From: Narcine bancroftii
Taxonomy: Eukaryota
Reading direction: 5' to 3'
NCBI RefSeq assembly: GCF_036971445.1
Contig: NC_091472.1
Location: 2,914,001-2,978,000 of the forward strand
Length of the DNA: 64,000 nt
In this document: piece by piece, positions 38,101 through 51,095 of the stretch
How positions within the stretch are numbered: position 1 is the stretch's first letter
Layout of the letters: the number at the start of each line of letters is the position of its first letter
The notes under the pieces: generated by a model
Told to the model about the DNA's origin: nothing
The model's input: only the letters and a program-made list of their open reading frames with translations
The model's database searches: none
Program-made: the position numbers and the translations under genes

Positions 38101-39096
38101 GGATCACCTCACATTTATCCACATTGTAGTGCATTTGCCATGTATCTGCCCAGTCCCTCAATTTATCCAAATCCCACTGGAGCTTCCTGACCCCCTCTTC
38201 CATGCACACAACCCCTCCTAGCTTAGTGTCATCTGCAAATTTGGAGATATTACATCCAATCCCCTCATCCAGATCATTAATGTAAATTGTGAACAGCTGG
38301 GGTCCCAGTACAGATCCCTGTGGCACACCACTGGTCACCGCCTGCCACTCAGAAAACGAGCCATTTATCCCATCTCTCTGTGTTCTACCTGCCAGTCAGT
38401 TCTCAATCCACATCAATACTTTGCCACCAATCCCATGAGCCTTGATTTTGCAAGCCTGTCATTTATTCGGGACCTTATCGAAGGACTTTTGGAAGTCCAG
38501 GTAGACCACATCCACTGGCTCTCCCCCATCTATTTTACCTGTCACCATCTCAAAGAATTCCAATAGATTTGGAATGTAGTCATATGCTCCGCTATTACAT
38601 CCTTAATAATGGATTCCATCATTTAGCCCACTACTGATGTAAGGCTCACCGGCCTATAATTCCCCGCTTTTTCTCTACTCCCCTTTTTAAAGAGTGGGGT
38701 AACATTAGCTAGCCTCCAATCCATGGGTACTGATCCTGAGTCTATCAAATTCAGGAAAATAATTCTTAAAGCATCTGCTATCTGAATGGCCACTTCCTTG
38801 AGTACCCTAGGATGTAGATTATCAGGCCCTTGGGATTTATCAGCCTACAATCCCTTCAATTTCCCCAAGACCATGTCCTTAGAGATACTGATTTCTTTCA
38901 GTTCCTCCCTTGCATTAGTCTCTATGTTTCTATGTTTTGGCATGAGCAATAACGTCCCGGACCCTGGCACCAGGGAGGCAAAACACCATCCTATTCTCCT
39001 TACTACATCCACAGAATCCCCTATCTGTCCTCCTAACTATCGAATCCCCTACGACGACTGCCCTCCTCTTCCTTTCCTAACCCTTCGGAGCCACAT
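35180..39096 (-). mobile_element. CR1 LINE (ORF1 SGNH esterase and ORF2 5' half) with a nested CR1 at ~37425-38930
   Basis: Minus strand reads RAVVVGDSIVRR...CLPGARVRDV (39070-38940), resumes ILKWEGNEPEVIVHVGTND at ~37420, then endonuclease motifs. Confidence 0.85.
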
Positions 39097-39372
39097 TTAA
39101 GAAGAATTTGGACAGGTTCATAGATGGGAGGGGGATGGAGGGCTATGGACTGGGTGAAGATCATGAGGACTAGGCTAGGAAATGGTTCGGCACAAACCAG
39201 AAGGGCCGAAGGGGCCTGGTTCTGTGTTGTAGTGTTCTATGGTTGTATGCGTTCCGCAGTTTGCTGCTGCTTTCAGGATGGACTGAATGAGAGGCCACAG
39301 GATGTTTTCACCACCATGTTTCACTGTGTTTATCATTCGTGAGGCAGTTCAACGATTCTCATTTTATTTCAG

Positions 39373-39416
39373 TTGATCCCAAAGAAAATAAAGATGCAGC
39401 CACGGACGTGTCTGAG
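39373..39416 (+). CDS. IgSF receptor small cytoplasmic exon 2
   Basis: Acceptor attttatttcAG|TT GAT and donor GAG|GTAAGG; 44 nt, phase 1-0. Encodes (V)DPKENKDAATDVSE. Confidence 0.75.
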
Positions 39417-42400
39417 GTAAGGGTCAAATCACCGGTTTCATCAATTCATCAATATAAGATGCTTTTAAATGAACACTAACCCTTCCTCTTTAGCCCCATA
39501 CTGACGGTACCCAAGTAACAAACACCTGACTTACAGACACCCCTATATGTCACTGTGGAAGACATGAGCCATGGGCCAGATTCTGAAGGGTATCGGGGAA
39601 GGGATGTGAGTGCAGTTACTGTTTCAAGGGTGAAGGAGCTCAGAAAGCTGAATGATCTCGGTGGATAAGTCTCCCAGACCAAATGTATCACACCCTTGAG
39701 CCCTGAAAGAAGTAGTGGTAGAGATTGTTGAGGCATTGGGGATGATTTTTCAGGAATCTATAGATTCTGGCATGGTCGCAGAGGACTGGAAAATTACAAA
39801 TGTTACCCCACTATTGAAGAAGGGAGGAAGGTAGCTGAAAGGAAATCATAGGCCGATTAGCCTGACGTCAGCGGTTGGGGAGATGTGTAATCAATGGTCA
39901 AGGATGATGTAACGGAGAATTTGGAGACACATGACAAGATAGGCCAAAGCCAGCATGGTCTCCTAAAGATAAAATCCTTCTTGATCAGCCTGCTGTGATT
40001 CTTTAAGGAAGTGACACACTGGCTGGATAAAGGAGATGGAGTGCATATTGTGTGTTGGGGTTTCCAGAAGGCCTCTGACAAGGAGCCACACATGAGGCTA
40101 TTTGACAAGATAAGAGCCCACGGTGTAACAGGAAACAGGCTAGTGTGGGGAGAGCATTGGCCAATTGGCAGGAAGCAGAGAGTCGGAATACAGGGACCAT
40201 ATACAGATTGGCTGCCAGTTGCTGGTGGTGTCCACAGGGGTCGGGGTTGGGGCCACTTCTTTTTATGTTGTATATTACTGATTTATTTGATTTAGTGGAA
40301 AAGATTGTGAAATGAATGGCTTTGTGGCCAAATTTGGTGATGACTCGAAGGTAAGTGGAGGAGCAGGTAGTGTTGAGGAAACAGGGAGACGGGAGATATC
40401 CATGTACACGACATCCACCGCTCTACCTTCATCAATGTTCTTGGTTACATCCTCAAATGTGGGTAAGGAGTTTGTACATTCTTCCCGTGTCTTGCAAGGG
40501 TTTTGGCTGGATGCTCTGGCCTCCATCACTCTCCCTGGCAAGACATTCACCCACAACTCTCAGTGTACAAAAAAATCTTACCCCTACTGTCTCCCCTAAA
40601 TGTCCCTCCCTTCACTTTGTACACATGACCTCTGGTCTTTGCTATACTTGCCCTGGGAAAAGGTTCTGGCTGGCCACCCTATCTCTTATAATCTTGTACA
40701 GTTGTATTAAGGTTCCTCTCATATTTCTATGTTCTAAAGAGAAAAGTCCCAGCTCTGATAACCTTGCCTCATAAAGCTTATTTTCCAATCCAGGCAACAT
40801 CCTGGTAAATCTCCTCTACGCCCTCTCAACAGCTTCCACATCCTTCCTATAATGAGGTGACGAGAACGGAATACAATACATCAAGTGTGTTCTCACCGGA
40901 GATTTGTGGAATTGTAACATGACCTCTCTACGCTTGAACTCAATCCCCATATTAGTGAAGCCCAGAATCCCAAAGACCTTCTCAACTCTTCTATCAACCT
41001 TTGCAGCAACTTTGAGGGATGTATGGATTTGGACCCCAATAACCCTCTATTCATCCACACTGTTAAGTATCTGGCCATTAACCCTGTCTTCAGCCTTCTG
41101 GTTTGACCTTCCATAATACATCACCTCAGATTGAACTCCATCTGCCACTTTTCCAACCAACTCTGCATCTGGTAATATCCTCTTATAACCTACGACAACC
41201 ATGGGCTCCATTCACAACTCCTCCAACCTTAGTATCATCTGCAAACTCAGTGACCCATCCTTCCGCCTCTTCACCCAGTTCATTTATAAAAATCACAAAG
41301 AGCAGGGGTGCCGGAACAGATCCTTACAGATCCTGACCTGCAGCCAACAGAAAGGTTATAGCACACCTCACCCCGGTACAGAACGTTGACGCTGTAAGGG
41401 TCCTGTGCTAATCGCTATGTCAGATACCCTGGCTAATCAAGACCCTATCAATCTCTGCCTTAAATACACCCAATGGCCCGGCCTCCACAACCACCTGTGG
41501 CAACAAATTCTACCAATTCACCACTCTCTGGCTGAATAAATTCCTCAGCTTCTCTGTTCACACCCTTTCATTCCCAGAATCATCCTTGTGAACCTCCTCC
41601 AAACCCTCCCCAACTTCAACACATCCTTTCTTAAATGAGGAACCCAAAACTGCTCACAATCTCCACGTGAGGCCTCACCAGGGCCTTATAAAGCCCCGAC
41701 ATCACATCCCTGCTCTTAGATTCTATTCCTCTTGAAACAAACGCCAACATTGTCTTTGCCTTCTTCACCCCCGACTCAACCTACAAGTTTATCTTCAGGC
41801 TCCTGCACGAGGAATCCCAGGCCCTTTCACATCTGGGGATTTTCAATTTTATTCCCATTTAGAAATATTCTGGCCGTTTATTTTTTCTACCAAAATGCGT
41901 CACCATCCACTTTCCCACATTATATTTCATTTGCCCCTTCTCTGCCCGTTCTCCTCATCTGTCCAAGTCCTTCTGCAGCCTCCCTGTTCACCCTACACGA
42001 CCTGCTCCTCCACCTCCCTTCATATCATCCACAAACATGGCCACAAACCCATTCATTCCAGAATTCAAATCATTAATAAAAAGAAGTGGCCCCAGAGCTG
42101 ACTCTTGTGACATAGATATTGGACATTGAATCACTGGAAGATACTGACATAGCAAGAAGGGACCCAAGGAAGGGAATCGGAAAGGACATGGACAGTGAGA
42201 GAGTACGGTAACTCAGACTGATGACGATGGGACAGGAGACATCATTACATGGACTTCAGTGAGGCATTTGACAAGGTCCTGCATGGTTGACTGGTTCAGA
42301 TGCATGGAATCCAGCAAGCTACCTGATTAACATCCAAATCTGGCTCAGTGACAGGGGGCAGAGGATAAGGGTGGAAAGATGCTTTCCTTATTGGAAGTCT

Positions 42401-42994
42401 CTCACCAAGGGTAAACTGTAGGAATTGGTGCTGGTGTTCAGTATTTATTTATATTCCAACTGATCACCGAAATATCGCCCACGCTGAGGGTTTCCAAAAC
42501 AAGAGGGTGTGGCCACTAGAATCACAGTGGACACGATGGAGTTGTGGTGCCGCCATAGCACCGCTACACGGGCATATACTTAAATTAAGAAGGAGTTGCA
42601 GAGGGAACCTGAAGATATTTTTCATTCTATACTTGAAGGTGGTTGATCTGTGCAACTCGCGACTGGAAGTGGTCGAGTCAGATACAATTATTACATCCAT
42701 AGGCTCACACACTGTCAAAGGGAGTGAAATATGAACGTCTGCACACGCTGTGATGTAGAAAAAAACACAGCCAAATGCTGGAGGAACTCAGCTGGTCTTT
42801 TCAGCGTCCATACGAGACAAAGATATGTTGCCGACGTGTCAGGCCTGAGCTCATCTTCAGGGAAGAAGCAGAATGAGCCAGAAGCAGGAAATCTCAGAAT
42901 AGAGACAGTGTGGCTGGGGGAGGAATCCAGACCCTCACAAGGGGTTTACTGGATGTGATCAGGGGACGAGGTGGGAATTTACTTGGGTTTCAGA

Positions 42995-45900
42995 ATCTAG
43001 ATCACAAGGTACATGTTATTACCAATGATGTTGGAAGGAAGGAGGAAGTGGTCCTGCAGAATGAGTATAAATTGTTGGGTAGGGAGCTTAGAAGAAGGAC
43101 CACTAAGGGGGTAATCTCAGGACTGCTTCCTGTGCCACGTGACAGTGAGGGCAGGAATAGAATTAGGTGGAGGTTAAACTCATGGCTAAAGGGGTAGAGT
43201 AACAGACAGGGTTTCAAGTTCTTGGACCACTAGGACCTTTTTGGGGTAAATGGGACAAATACCATAATGATGCATTACATCTAAATCCCAGAGGGACCAG
43301 TCTCCTGGCGGGGGCATTTGCTAGGGCTGTCGGGGGGTGGGGGGGAGGGGGGTGGATTTAAACTAGTATGGTTGGGGACAGGGTTTCAAGTTAGACAGGA
43401 CAGCAGGGAGAGGGTTTGTAGGCTAAGGAAAGAGGCATATTTAAATAATTTGCGCGAGGAACAGCAGGAAGTAGTAAAAAGATGTTGTAGTGATAATGGT
43501 GAGAATGGAAGAGAGGAGGATGGGCAGAAGGTAGGATGTAAGAGATCCCTGAGATGTATTTATTTCAATGCGAGTAAGTAAGGAAGTTGGATGAGCTAAG
43601 GGTGTGGATGACATGTGGCATTATGATGGTGTGGTCATTAGCGAGAAGTGGTTGAAGGAATGTTGTGACTGGCAGTAAAATATTCCAGGATTTCACTGCT
43701 TCAGATGTGACAGAAGTGGTGGAGGAAGAGGGGGAGGTGTGGCATTACTTGTCAGGGAAGATATTACAGCGGTGCTGAGGCAAGATAGACTGGAGGGCTC
43801 ATCGAGGGGGAGCAGTGTGGGTAGAACAAAAAAATAAGAAGGGTGGGGTTACTATTATGGGGTATATTATAGGCCTCCAAATGGGGAGAGGGAATTGGAA
43901 GAGCAAATGTGCAAGGAAATAGGTGAGATGTGCAGGAGAAATAGGGTGGTGTTGGTTGTGGATTTCAATTTTCCAAACAGATTGGGAAATGCAGTCAGTA
44001 AAAGGGCAGCATGGCTTAGTATTTATGCAATGTGTTCAGGACTGATTTTTGCAGCAATATGTTGAGAGGCCAACTAGAGGGGGAGCAGTGTTAGATCTGT
44101 TGTTTGGGAATGAAATAGGGAAGGTGATGGAGGTGAGCATTGGGGAGAACTTTGGATCCGGTGATCATGGGTCCATTGGATTTAACTTAATGATGGAAAG
44201 AGATAGGTCAAGTCTGAGCTTGAAGGTCTTTGAGTGATGGAAGGCCAGGTTTGGAGAAATGAGAAGGGATTTGCAGAGAGTTGTGTGGGCTGACCTTTTT
44301 GCCGGAAAGGATGTCGAGGAAATTTGGAGTGTATTTAAGGGTGAGATTTTGAGAGTACAGGATCTTTTTGTTCCAGTCCGACCAAAAGGCAAAACCAAAG
44401 GTTCAAGGGAGCTGTGGTTTTCTGGAAAAATTAAGAAATTGGTTCAGGACAAGAAGGAGGCCTGTGCGAAATATTTAAAAAAGGGGATTGAGGAGATGTA
44501 TGATCATTACTAAGATTGCAGGAAGAGGAAAATTCGAAGAGGGAAATTCGAAAGGCAAAAAGAAGGTATGAGGAGTCCATAGCTAATAAGGTGAAGGTGA
44601 ATCCTAAGGGTTTTTACAGATACGTGAACAGTAAAAGGAGGGTTAAGGATAGAGTAGGTCCACTGGATGATGGGAATGGTGAACTATGTAAGGAATCTTA
44701 TGAGATGGGAGAAATATGGAACAATATTTTCTCATCTGTATTCACGAAGGAAAGGAGCGTTGGGCTATACGAGATAATAGAGGCAAAGGGCTTAGTTATG
44801 GAGAGGATAAGGATTAGTAAAGCGAGGGCTTTGGAGCTTCCAGGGTCAATAAAGGTGGATAAGTGTCCTGGTGCTGATGGGATTTTTCCCAGGACTTTAA
44901 GGGAGGTCAGGGAGCAAATAGCGGGGGTACTGACAGTGATTTTTCAAAGATCACTGGAGGAGGGGGTGGTACCACCCGATTGGAGGGTTGCGAATGTAGT
45001 TCCGTTATTTAAAAAAGGCATTAGGTGTAGGCCAAGTAATTATTGGCCAGTAAGTTTGACTTCGGTGGTGGGGAAGGTTATGGAGGATATTCTTCGAGGT
45101 AGTATATACGCGTATCTGGATAGGCAGGGATTGATTAGGGGCACCCAGCATGGGTATGTAAATGGAAAATCATGTTTGATGAACCTTGTTGAGTTTTTTG
45201 AGGAGGTGACAAAAAAGGTGGATGAAGGTAGAGCGGTTGATGTGATCTATTTGGATTTTAGTAAGGCTTTTGATAAGGTTCCCCATGGAAGGTTAATAAG
45301 GAAGGTTCAGTCACTAGGGATTAGTAGAGAGATAGTGAGATGGGTTCAGAGGTGGCTGGGAGATAGACAGCAGAGAGTCATGGTGGACAACTGTAGGTCA
45401 GGTTGGAAGCCTGTGAAAAGCAGGGTGCCTCAGGGATCGGTGCTGGGTCCCTTGTTGTTTATCATTTATATGAATGATTTAGAGGAGGGGGTGGTTAACT
45501 GGGTAAACAAATATGTGGATGATATGAAAATAGGGGGAGTGATGGATTGTGAGGAAGGTTTTCGTGGATTACAGAAGGATTTGGTTTGTTTGGAAGAGTG
45601 GGCTGAAAGATGGCAGATGGAATTTAATGTACACAAGTGTGAGGTGTTGCATTTTGGAAAGAATAACCAAAATAGGATATATACGGTTAAGGAGAAGGCA
45701 TTGAGGTATGCAAAGGAGCAAAGGGACCTGGGAGTTATGGTACAGAGTTCATTGAAGGTGGACTCCCATGTAGACAAGGTGGTTACAAAGGCATATGGTA
45801 TGTTAGCCTTCATAAATCATAGTCTAGAGTATAGGAGCTGGGAAGTGATGCTGTGGCTGTTTAAGGCATTGGTGAGGCCAGGTTTGGAGAATTGTGCTCA

Positions 45901-46432
45901 GTTCTGGTCTTCAAATTATAGAAAGGATATAGATAAGGTGGAGAGGGTGCAGAGATTTACAAGGATGTTGCCTGGCTTACAGCATCTAGAGTACAGAGAA
46001 AGATTAAGGAGTCTCGGACTTTATTCATTGGAACGTAGAAGGTTGAGAGGGATTCGATAGAGGTTTTTAAAATTACGAAAGGAATAAATAGGCTAGACAT
46101 AAACAGACTCTTTCCCCTGAGGGCAGGTGAGGTTGGAACAAGAGGACATGAGTTAAGGGTAAGGGAGCAAAACTTTAGGAGAAATATTAGAGGATGCTCT
46201 TTCACTCAGCGAGTGGTGGCAGGATGGAATGATCTTCCAAAAGAGATAATTTTGGCAGGGTCCCTTCTGTCATTTAAGAGAAGGTTGGATGTGTACATGG
46301 AAGTGAGGGGGTTGGAGGGTTATGGGCAGAGAGCGGGAGGGATGAGCTAGTGGAGTTGTTCATGTGAACCGGTGCAGACACGATGGGCCGACATAGCCTG
46401 TTTCCACACTGTAAATGGTTATATGGTTATAT
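42995..46432 (+). mobile_element. Degenerate near-full CR1 LINE
   Basis: ORF1 esterase remnant (HVITNDVG, VISGLLPVPR), EN remnants, ORF 44516-46060 with RT motifs, (GGTTATAT)n tail. Confidence 0.9.
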
Positions 46433-47964
46433 GAGCAGATTAGGTCTTTATTCCTTGGAGTGTAGAAGGTTGAGGGGGGATTTGATAGAGGTATTCAAGA
46501 GGGATAGATAGAGTTGATGTGGATAGGTTTTTCCCTTGAGGGTCGGAGAGATTGAAACAAGTTTAGAAGTAACATGAGGGAGAACTTCTTCACTCAGAGA
46601 GTGGTGGCCATGTGGAATGAACTTCCAGGAGAAGTAATGGCAGCTTGGTCCAATTTGTCATTTAAAGAAAAATTGGATAGGTATATGGATGGGAGGGGAA
46701 TGGAGGATTATGAGCAAGGTGCAGGTAGGTGGGACTAGAGGAGAGGAGTTGGTTCGGTGCGGACTAGAAGGGCTGAGATATATGGTTATATGGTCTGTGT
46801 GAAAGATGACAGGGAAAAGGTAGACTGTGCAGTCCATGACTTGATTTGGGATTGAATTAAATTTCACACTGCAACAAAAATGCCCAACCCCATCACTAAA
46901 CAAGCAGACAAGTCTGGAAGAAGCGAGACCAACCCTTCTAGAAGCATCTTCCCTTCCCATCACCTACTCACCTTCCACATGGGGATCCCAGCCGAACGAA
47001 CCTGCTGAGCTCCACCCGCATTTCCCTGTGTTTTTTCATGCATTGCCAAACTGAGACTTCCTGAAAATTGGAGGAACGACACCTTACATTCCGTCTGGGC
47101 CCCCTCCAACTGGATGGCTTTAACATCGACTTCTCCAATTTCTGCTAACCACTTCCCCCAAGTCTCTTTCTCTTCCCATCCCCCTGTCTCCTTTCCACCA
47201 GCTCCCACCCCTACACTCTTCCATCAGAAAGATGCCCCCTCCCTCATCACCTCAGCTTTTTTCTCAAACCAAGAAAGGACAGACACGATGAATGGTCGTG
47301 CACTGAGGAGTGCGGTAGAACAGAGGGATCTGGGAATACGAATACACAATTCCCTGAAAGTGGCGTCACAGGTGGACAGGATTATAAAGAGATCTTTTGG
47401 CATATTGGCCTTCATAAATCAAAGTACTGAGTACAGGAGTTGGGATGGTACGGTAAAGTTCCGTAAGACATTGGTGAGGCCATATTTGGAGAATTGTGAG
47501 CAGTTTTTGTCACCAAACTACAGGAAGGATATGAATAAGATCGAAAGAGTACAGAGAAGATTTATTAGGATGTTGCTCGGACTTCAGGAACTGAGTTACA
47601 AGGAAAGGTGAAATAAGTTAGGACTTTATTCAGTTAGCATCCGTAAGGATTTGGAACATTCTCCCCGTGTTTCTGTGGGTTTTCCTCGGGGGCTCCAGTT
47701 CGACACATACAGGGAGTTGAAGGTCAATTGGGTGTAATGGGGTAGGATGGGCTTGTAGGACAAAAGGGCTCAATTCCATGCTGTACAGTATGTATGTATG
47801 TCTAAAGACCTGCTGAGTTTCTCCAGCACGTTTGTGCCCTGAGCTCGATCCCAGCATCTGCAAACTCTCTTGTTGAACTCGGCAATGTGTTGAGGAGATT
47901 GCCTGCAGATCTCAGAACTACGCCATAAGGTGATCAACTTGTAAACTCTGCTTTTATTTTGCAG

Positions 47965-48081
47965 TCAGAGAAATCAGAGATACATTACGCTGATGTTCAG
48001 TTCCACCGACGGACCGCCAAAGATTCAACAGTAAGAATCAGCGAGGAAACAACCGAATACGCTGTCATCCAACGGGCCTAG
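47965..48081 (+). CDS. IgSF receptor terminal coding exon with ITIM and ITSM
   Basis: Acceptor cttttattttgcAG|TCA, phase 0. Encodes SEKSEIHYADVQFHRRTAKDSTVRISEETTEYAVIQRA*. ITIM IHYADV at 47980-47997, ITSM TEYAVI at 48052-48069, TAG at 48079-48081. Confidence 0.87.
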   Translation, partial: SEKSEIHYADVQFHRRTAKDSTVRISEETTEYAVIQRA

Positions 48082-48289
48082 TGACGAAAAAGAATCCCTC
48101 GGCCACGACTGATGAAGAGAGATGCATCAGCTGGGACCTCCCCACACTCAGGACTCCAGCATCTCACAGATATTCAATCTGGATCATGGGCATTTGTTTC
48201 ATATGATTTATTGCTCCTCATGGAAAGTGACCAGATTCCCTGAAGCTGGAGATCCGAATGGTCTGGTCACAACGTCCTTTTCATGGAGT

Positions 48290-48765
48290 TTCCCAGACAA
48301 CCAGACACAACTGTGGGTGTCGACTGAGAGATCGTTTCATTGGGCTCTGTCTTCTGCAAAAGCGTCGATCTCCCAGTGGCCGCCCATTTCCATTCCGTCG
48401 CTGACAAGTCTGTCCATGGTGTCAAGCACTGCCAGACCGAGACCATCTGCAAATTGGAGGAACACCACCTCGTATTCCGTTGTGGAACCTCCAATCAGAT
48501 GGCATTAATGTTGACTACCCCAGTTTCCATTAGCCCCTTCCACCTACCGCCATCTTCCCCATTTCCCTCAACTCCCTTGTCCCTCTGTCTCCCTTCAAAC
48601 CCTCTCACCTCCTCCCCCAGTCAATTCTCACCTTTCCTCTCTCCTTGTCGTAGTCAATAAACTCCTCTAGTCTGTTGGTCTGAACTCCTCCCCCTGCCCA
48701 TTCTTCCCTTTCCCCCAGCCTTTTTACCAGAGACGCCGGCCTCTATTACACTGAAGAAGGGTCTC
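48290..48765 (+). mobile_element. Penelope-like fragment in the putative 3' UTR
   Basis: DLPVAAHF...CKLEEHHLVFRCG resembles the end of the 6810-7538 ORF. Confidence 0.7.
48656..48661 (+). promoter_or_regulatory. Candidate polyadenylation signal for the receptor gene
   Basis: First AATAAA I found after the stop codon (~575 nt downstream); lies within a Penelope-derived segment. Confidence 0.35.
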
Positions 48766-49174
48766 CTGCAAATTGCCCACAAAGCCATTCATTCCATAAC
48801 TGCTATACCACATAAAAAGATATTTTACAACACTGACTAGTATGGAACACCACCAACAACTGGCGGCTGTGATGGATTTGTGTTAATATTAATATTTAGT
48901 TATTATATATAAAAAGGCTTTTGGATGGACAGAGGCACATTTACATACAGAATCCATTTTGAAAGTCGAAATGCCTATGAAGCTATTGTTCTGCTAGAAG
49001 CTTGTTTGCTTAAAAAGACTCGGTGACTGATAATTAAAAGCTGTAAACATTCATAAAAATCTGATGCCAGTTCTCCATTCAGAACTGTCATGGGGGGTTG
49101 ATCAGGAGTAGCTGTGTACAGGTACAGCCATTCTGCTGGTTAGAGTTACAGACAGGCTGGAGTCCGATGGCTCA

Positions 49175-51095
49175 TAGAAACATAGAAAAATAGAAGATAG
49201 AAGCAGGAGTGCGTCATTCGACCCTTCGAGCCTGCTCCGCCATTCAACGAGATCATGGCTGATCTTAAAGTTCAGTACCCCGTCCCCGCCTTCTCTCCGT
49301 AACCTTTAATACCCTTATACTGAAGAAATAGATCTAATTCCCTCTTAAATATATTTAATGAACCTGCCTCCACTGCCCTCTGTGGCAATGAATTCCACAG
49401 ATTCACCACCCTCTGGGTCAAGAAATTCCTCCTCATCTCGGTCCTAAATGGTTTGCCTATTATCCTCAAACCATGGACCCGGGTTCTGGATTTTCCGATC
49501 CTTGGAAACGTCCCATCTGCATCCATTCTGTCCAGTCCTGCCAGAATTTTATAGGTCTCTATGAGATCCCCTCTCAATCTTCTAAACTCCAGCGAGTACA
49601 ATCCCAATTTGCGCAATCTTTCCTCCTAAGTCATTCCTGCCATTCCAGGTATCAGCCTGGTAAATCGCCTCTGCACTCCCTCCATTGCAAGAACATTCTT
49701 CCTCAGATAAGGCGATCAAAACTGCACACAATACTCCAGGTGGGGTCTCACCAAGGCCCTGTACAGCTGCAGTAAGTTATCCTTGTTCCTAGACTCAAAC
49801 CCTCTTGATATGAAGGCCAACATACAATTTGCCTTTTTAATCGCCTGCTGTACCTGCAGGCTCGCCTTCAGAGACTGATGTAAAAGTACCACTAGGTCTT
49901 TCTGCACTTCCCCATCTCCCAATCTATTGCCTTTCAAATAGTAATCTGCCCTCCAGTTTGTATTACCAAAGTGGATAACTTCACATTGATCCACATTGTA
50001 GTGCATTTGCCATGTATCTGCCCAGTCCCTCAATTTATCCAAATCACACTGGAGCTTCCTGACCCCCTCTTCCATGCACACAACCCCTCCTAGCTTAGTG
50101 TCATCTGCAAATTTGGAGATATTACATCCAATCCCCTCATCCAGATCATTAATGTAAATTGTGAACAGCTTGGGTCCCAGTACAGATCCCTGTGGTACCC
50201 CACTGGTCACCGCTAGCCACTCAGAAAACGAGCCATTTATCCCAACTCTCTGTCTTCTACCTGCCAGCCAGTTCTCAATCCACGTCAATACTTTCCCCCA
50301 ATCCCATGAGCCTTGATTTTGGAAGCCAGTCGTTTATGCGGGACCTTATCGAAGGCCTTTTGGAAGTCCAGGTACACCACATCCACTGGCTCTCCCCCAT
50401 CTATTTAACCCGTCACCATCTCAAAGAATTCCAATAGATTTGTCAAGCACGATTTACCTTTTGTAAATCCATGTTGACTCTGTCCAATCCCTTCTCTGCT
50501 AGTCATATGCTCCGCTATTACATCCTTAATAATGGATTGCATCATTTTGCCCACTACTGATGTAAGGCTCACCGGCCGATAATTCCCCGCTTTTTCTCTA
50601 CCCCCCTTTTTAAATAGTGGGGTAACATTAGCTACCCTCCAATCCATGGGTACTGATCCTGAGTCTATCGAGTTCTGGAAAATAATTCTTAAAGCATCTG
50701 CTATCTGAATGGCCACTTCCTTGAGTACCCTAGGATGTAGATTATCAGGCCCTTGGGATTTATCGGCCTTCAATCCCATCAATTTCCCCAACACCATGTC
50801 CTTAGAGATACTGATTTCTTTCAGTTCCTCCCTTGCATTAGTCTCTATGTTTCCCAAGATCCTTGGGAGGTTATTTGTATCCTCTCTTGTAAAACAGAAC
50901 TAAAGTAAGAATTTAATTGCTCTGCCATTTCCTTATTCCCCATTATATATTCCCCTGATTCCGACTGCAAGGGACCTACTCTGGATTTCACCAATCTTTT
51001 CCTCTTGACATATCTATAAAAGCTTTTGCAGTCGGTTTTTATATTTGCCGCAAGCTTACTTTCGTAATTTATTTTTGCTCTCTTGATTAATCCCT
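49175..51095 (-). mobile_element. CR1 LINE, 5'-truncated
   Basis: GPDNLHPRVLKE, NYRPVSLTSVVGK, KFADDTKLGG, tail (TCTATG/TTT)n. Confidence 0.9.

Noticed and set aside
47965-48081. Assigning the symbol PDCD1 (PD-1), or NITR/SIRP/Siglec
   Set aside because: Only the tail motifs match. PD-1 has one V domain, NITRs typically V plus I, SIRPs V plus C1, Siglecs V plus C2. Orthology cannot be shown without a search.
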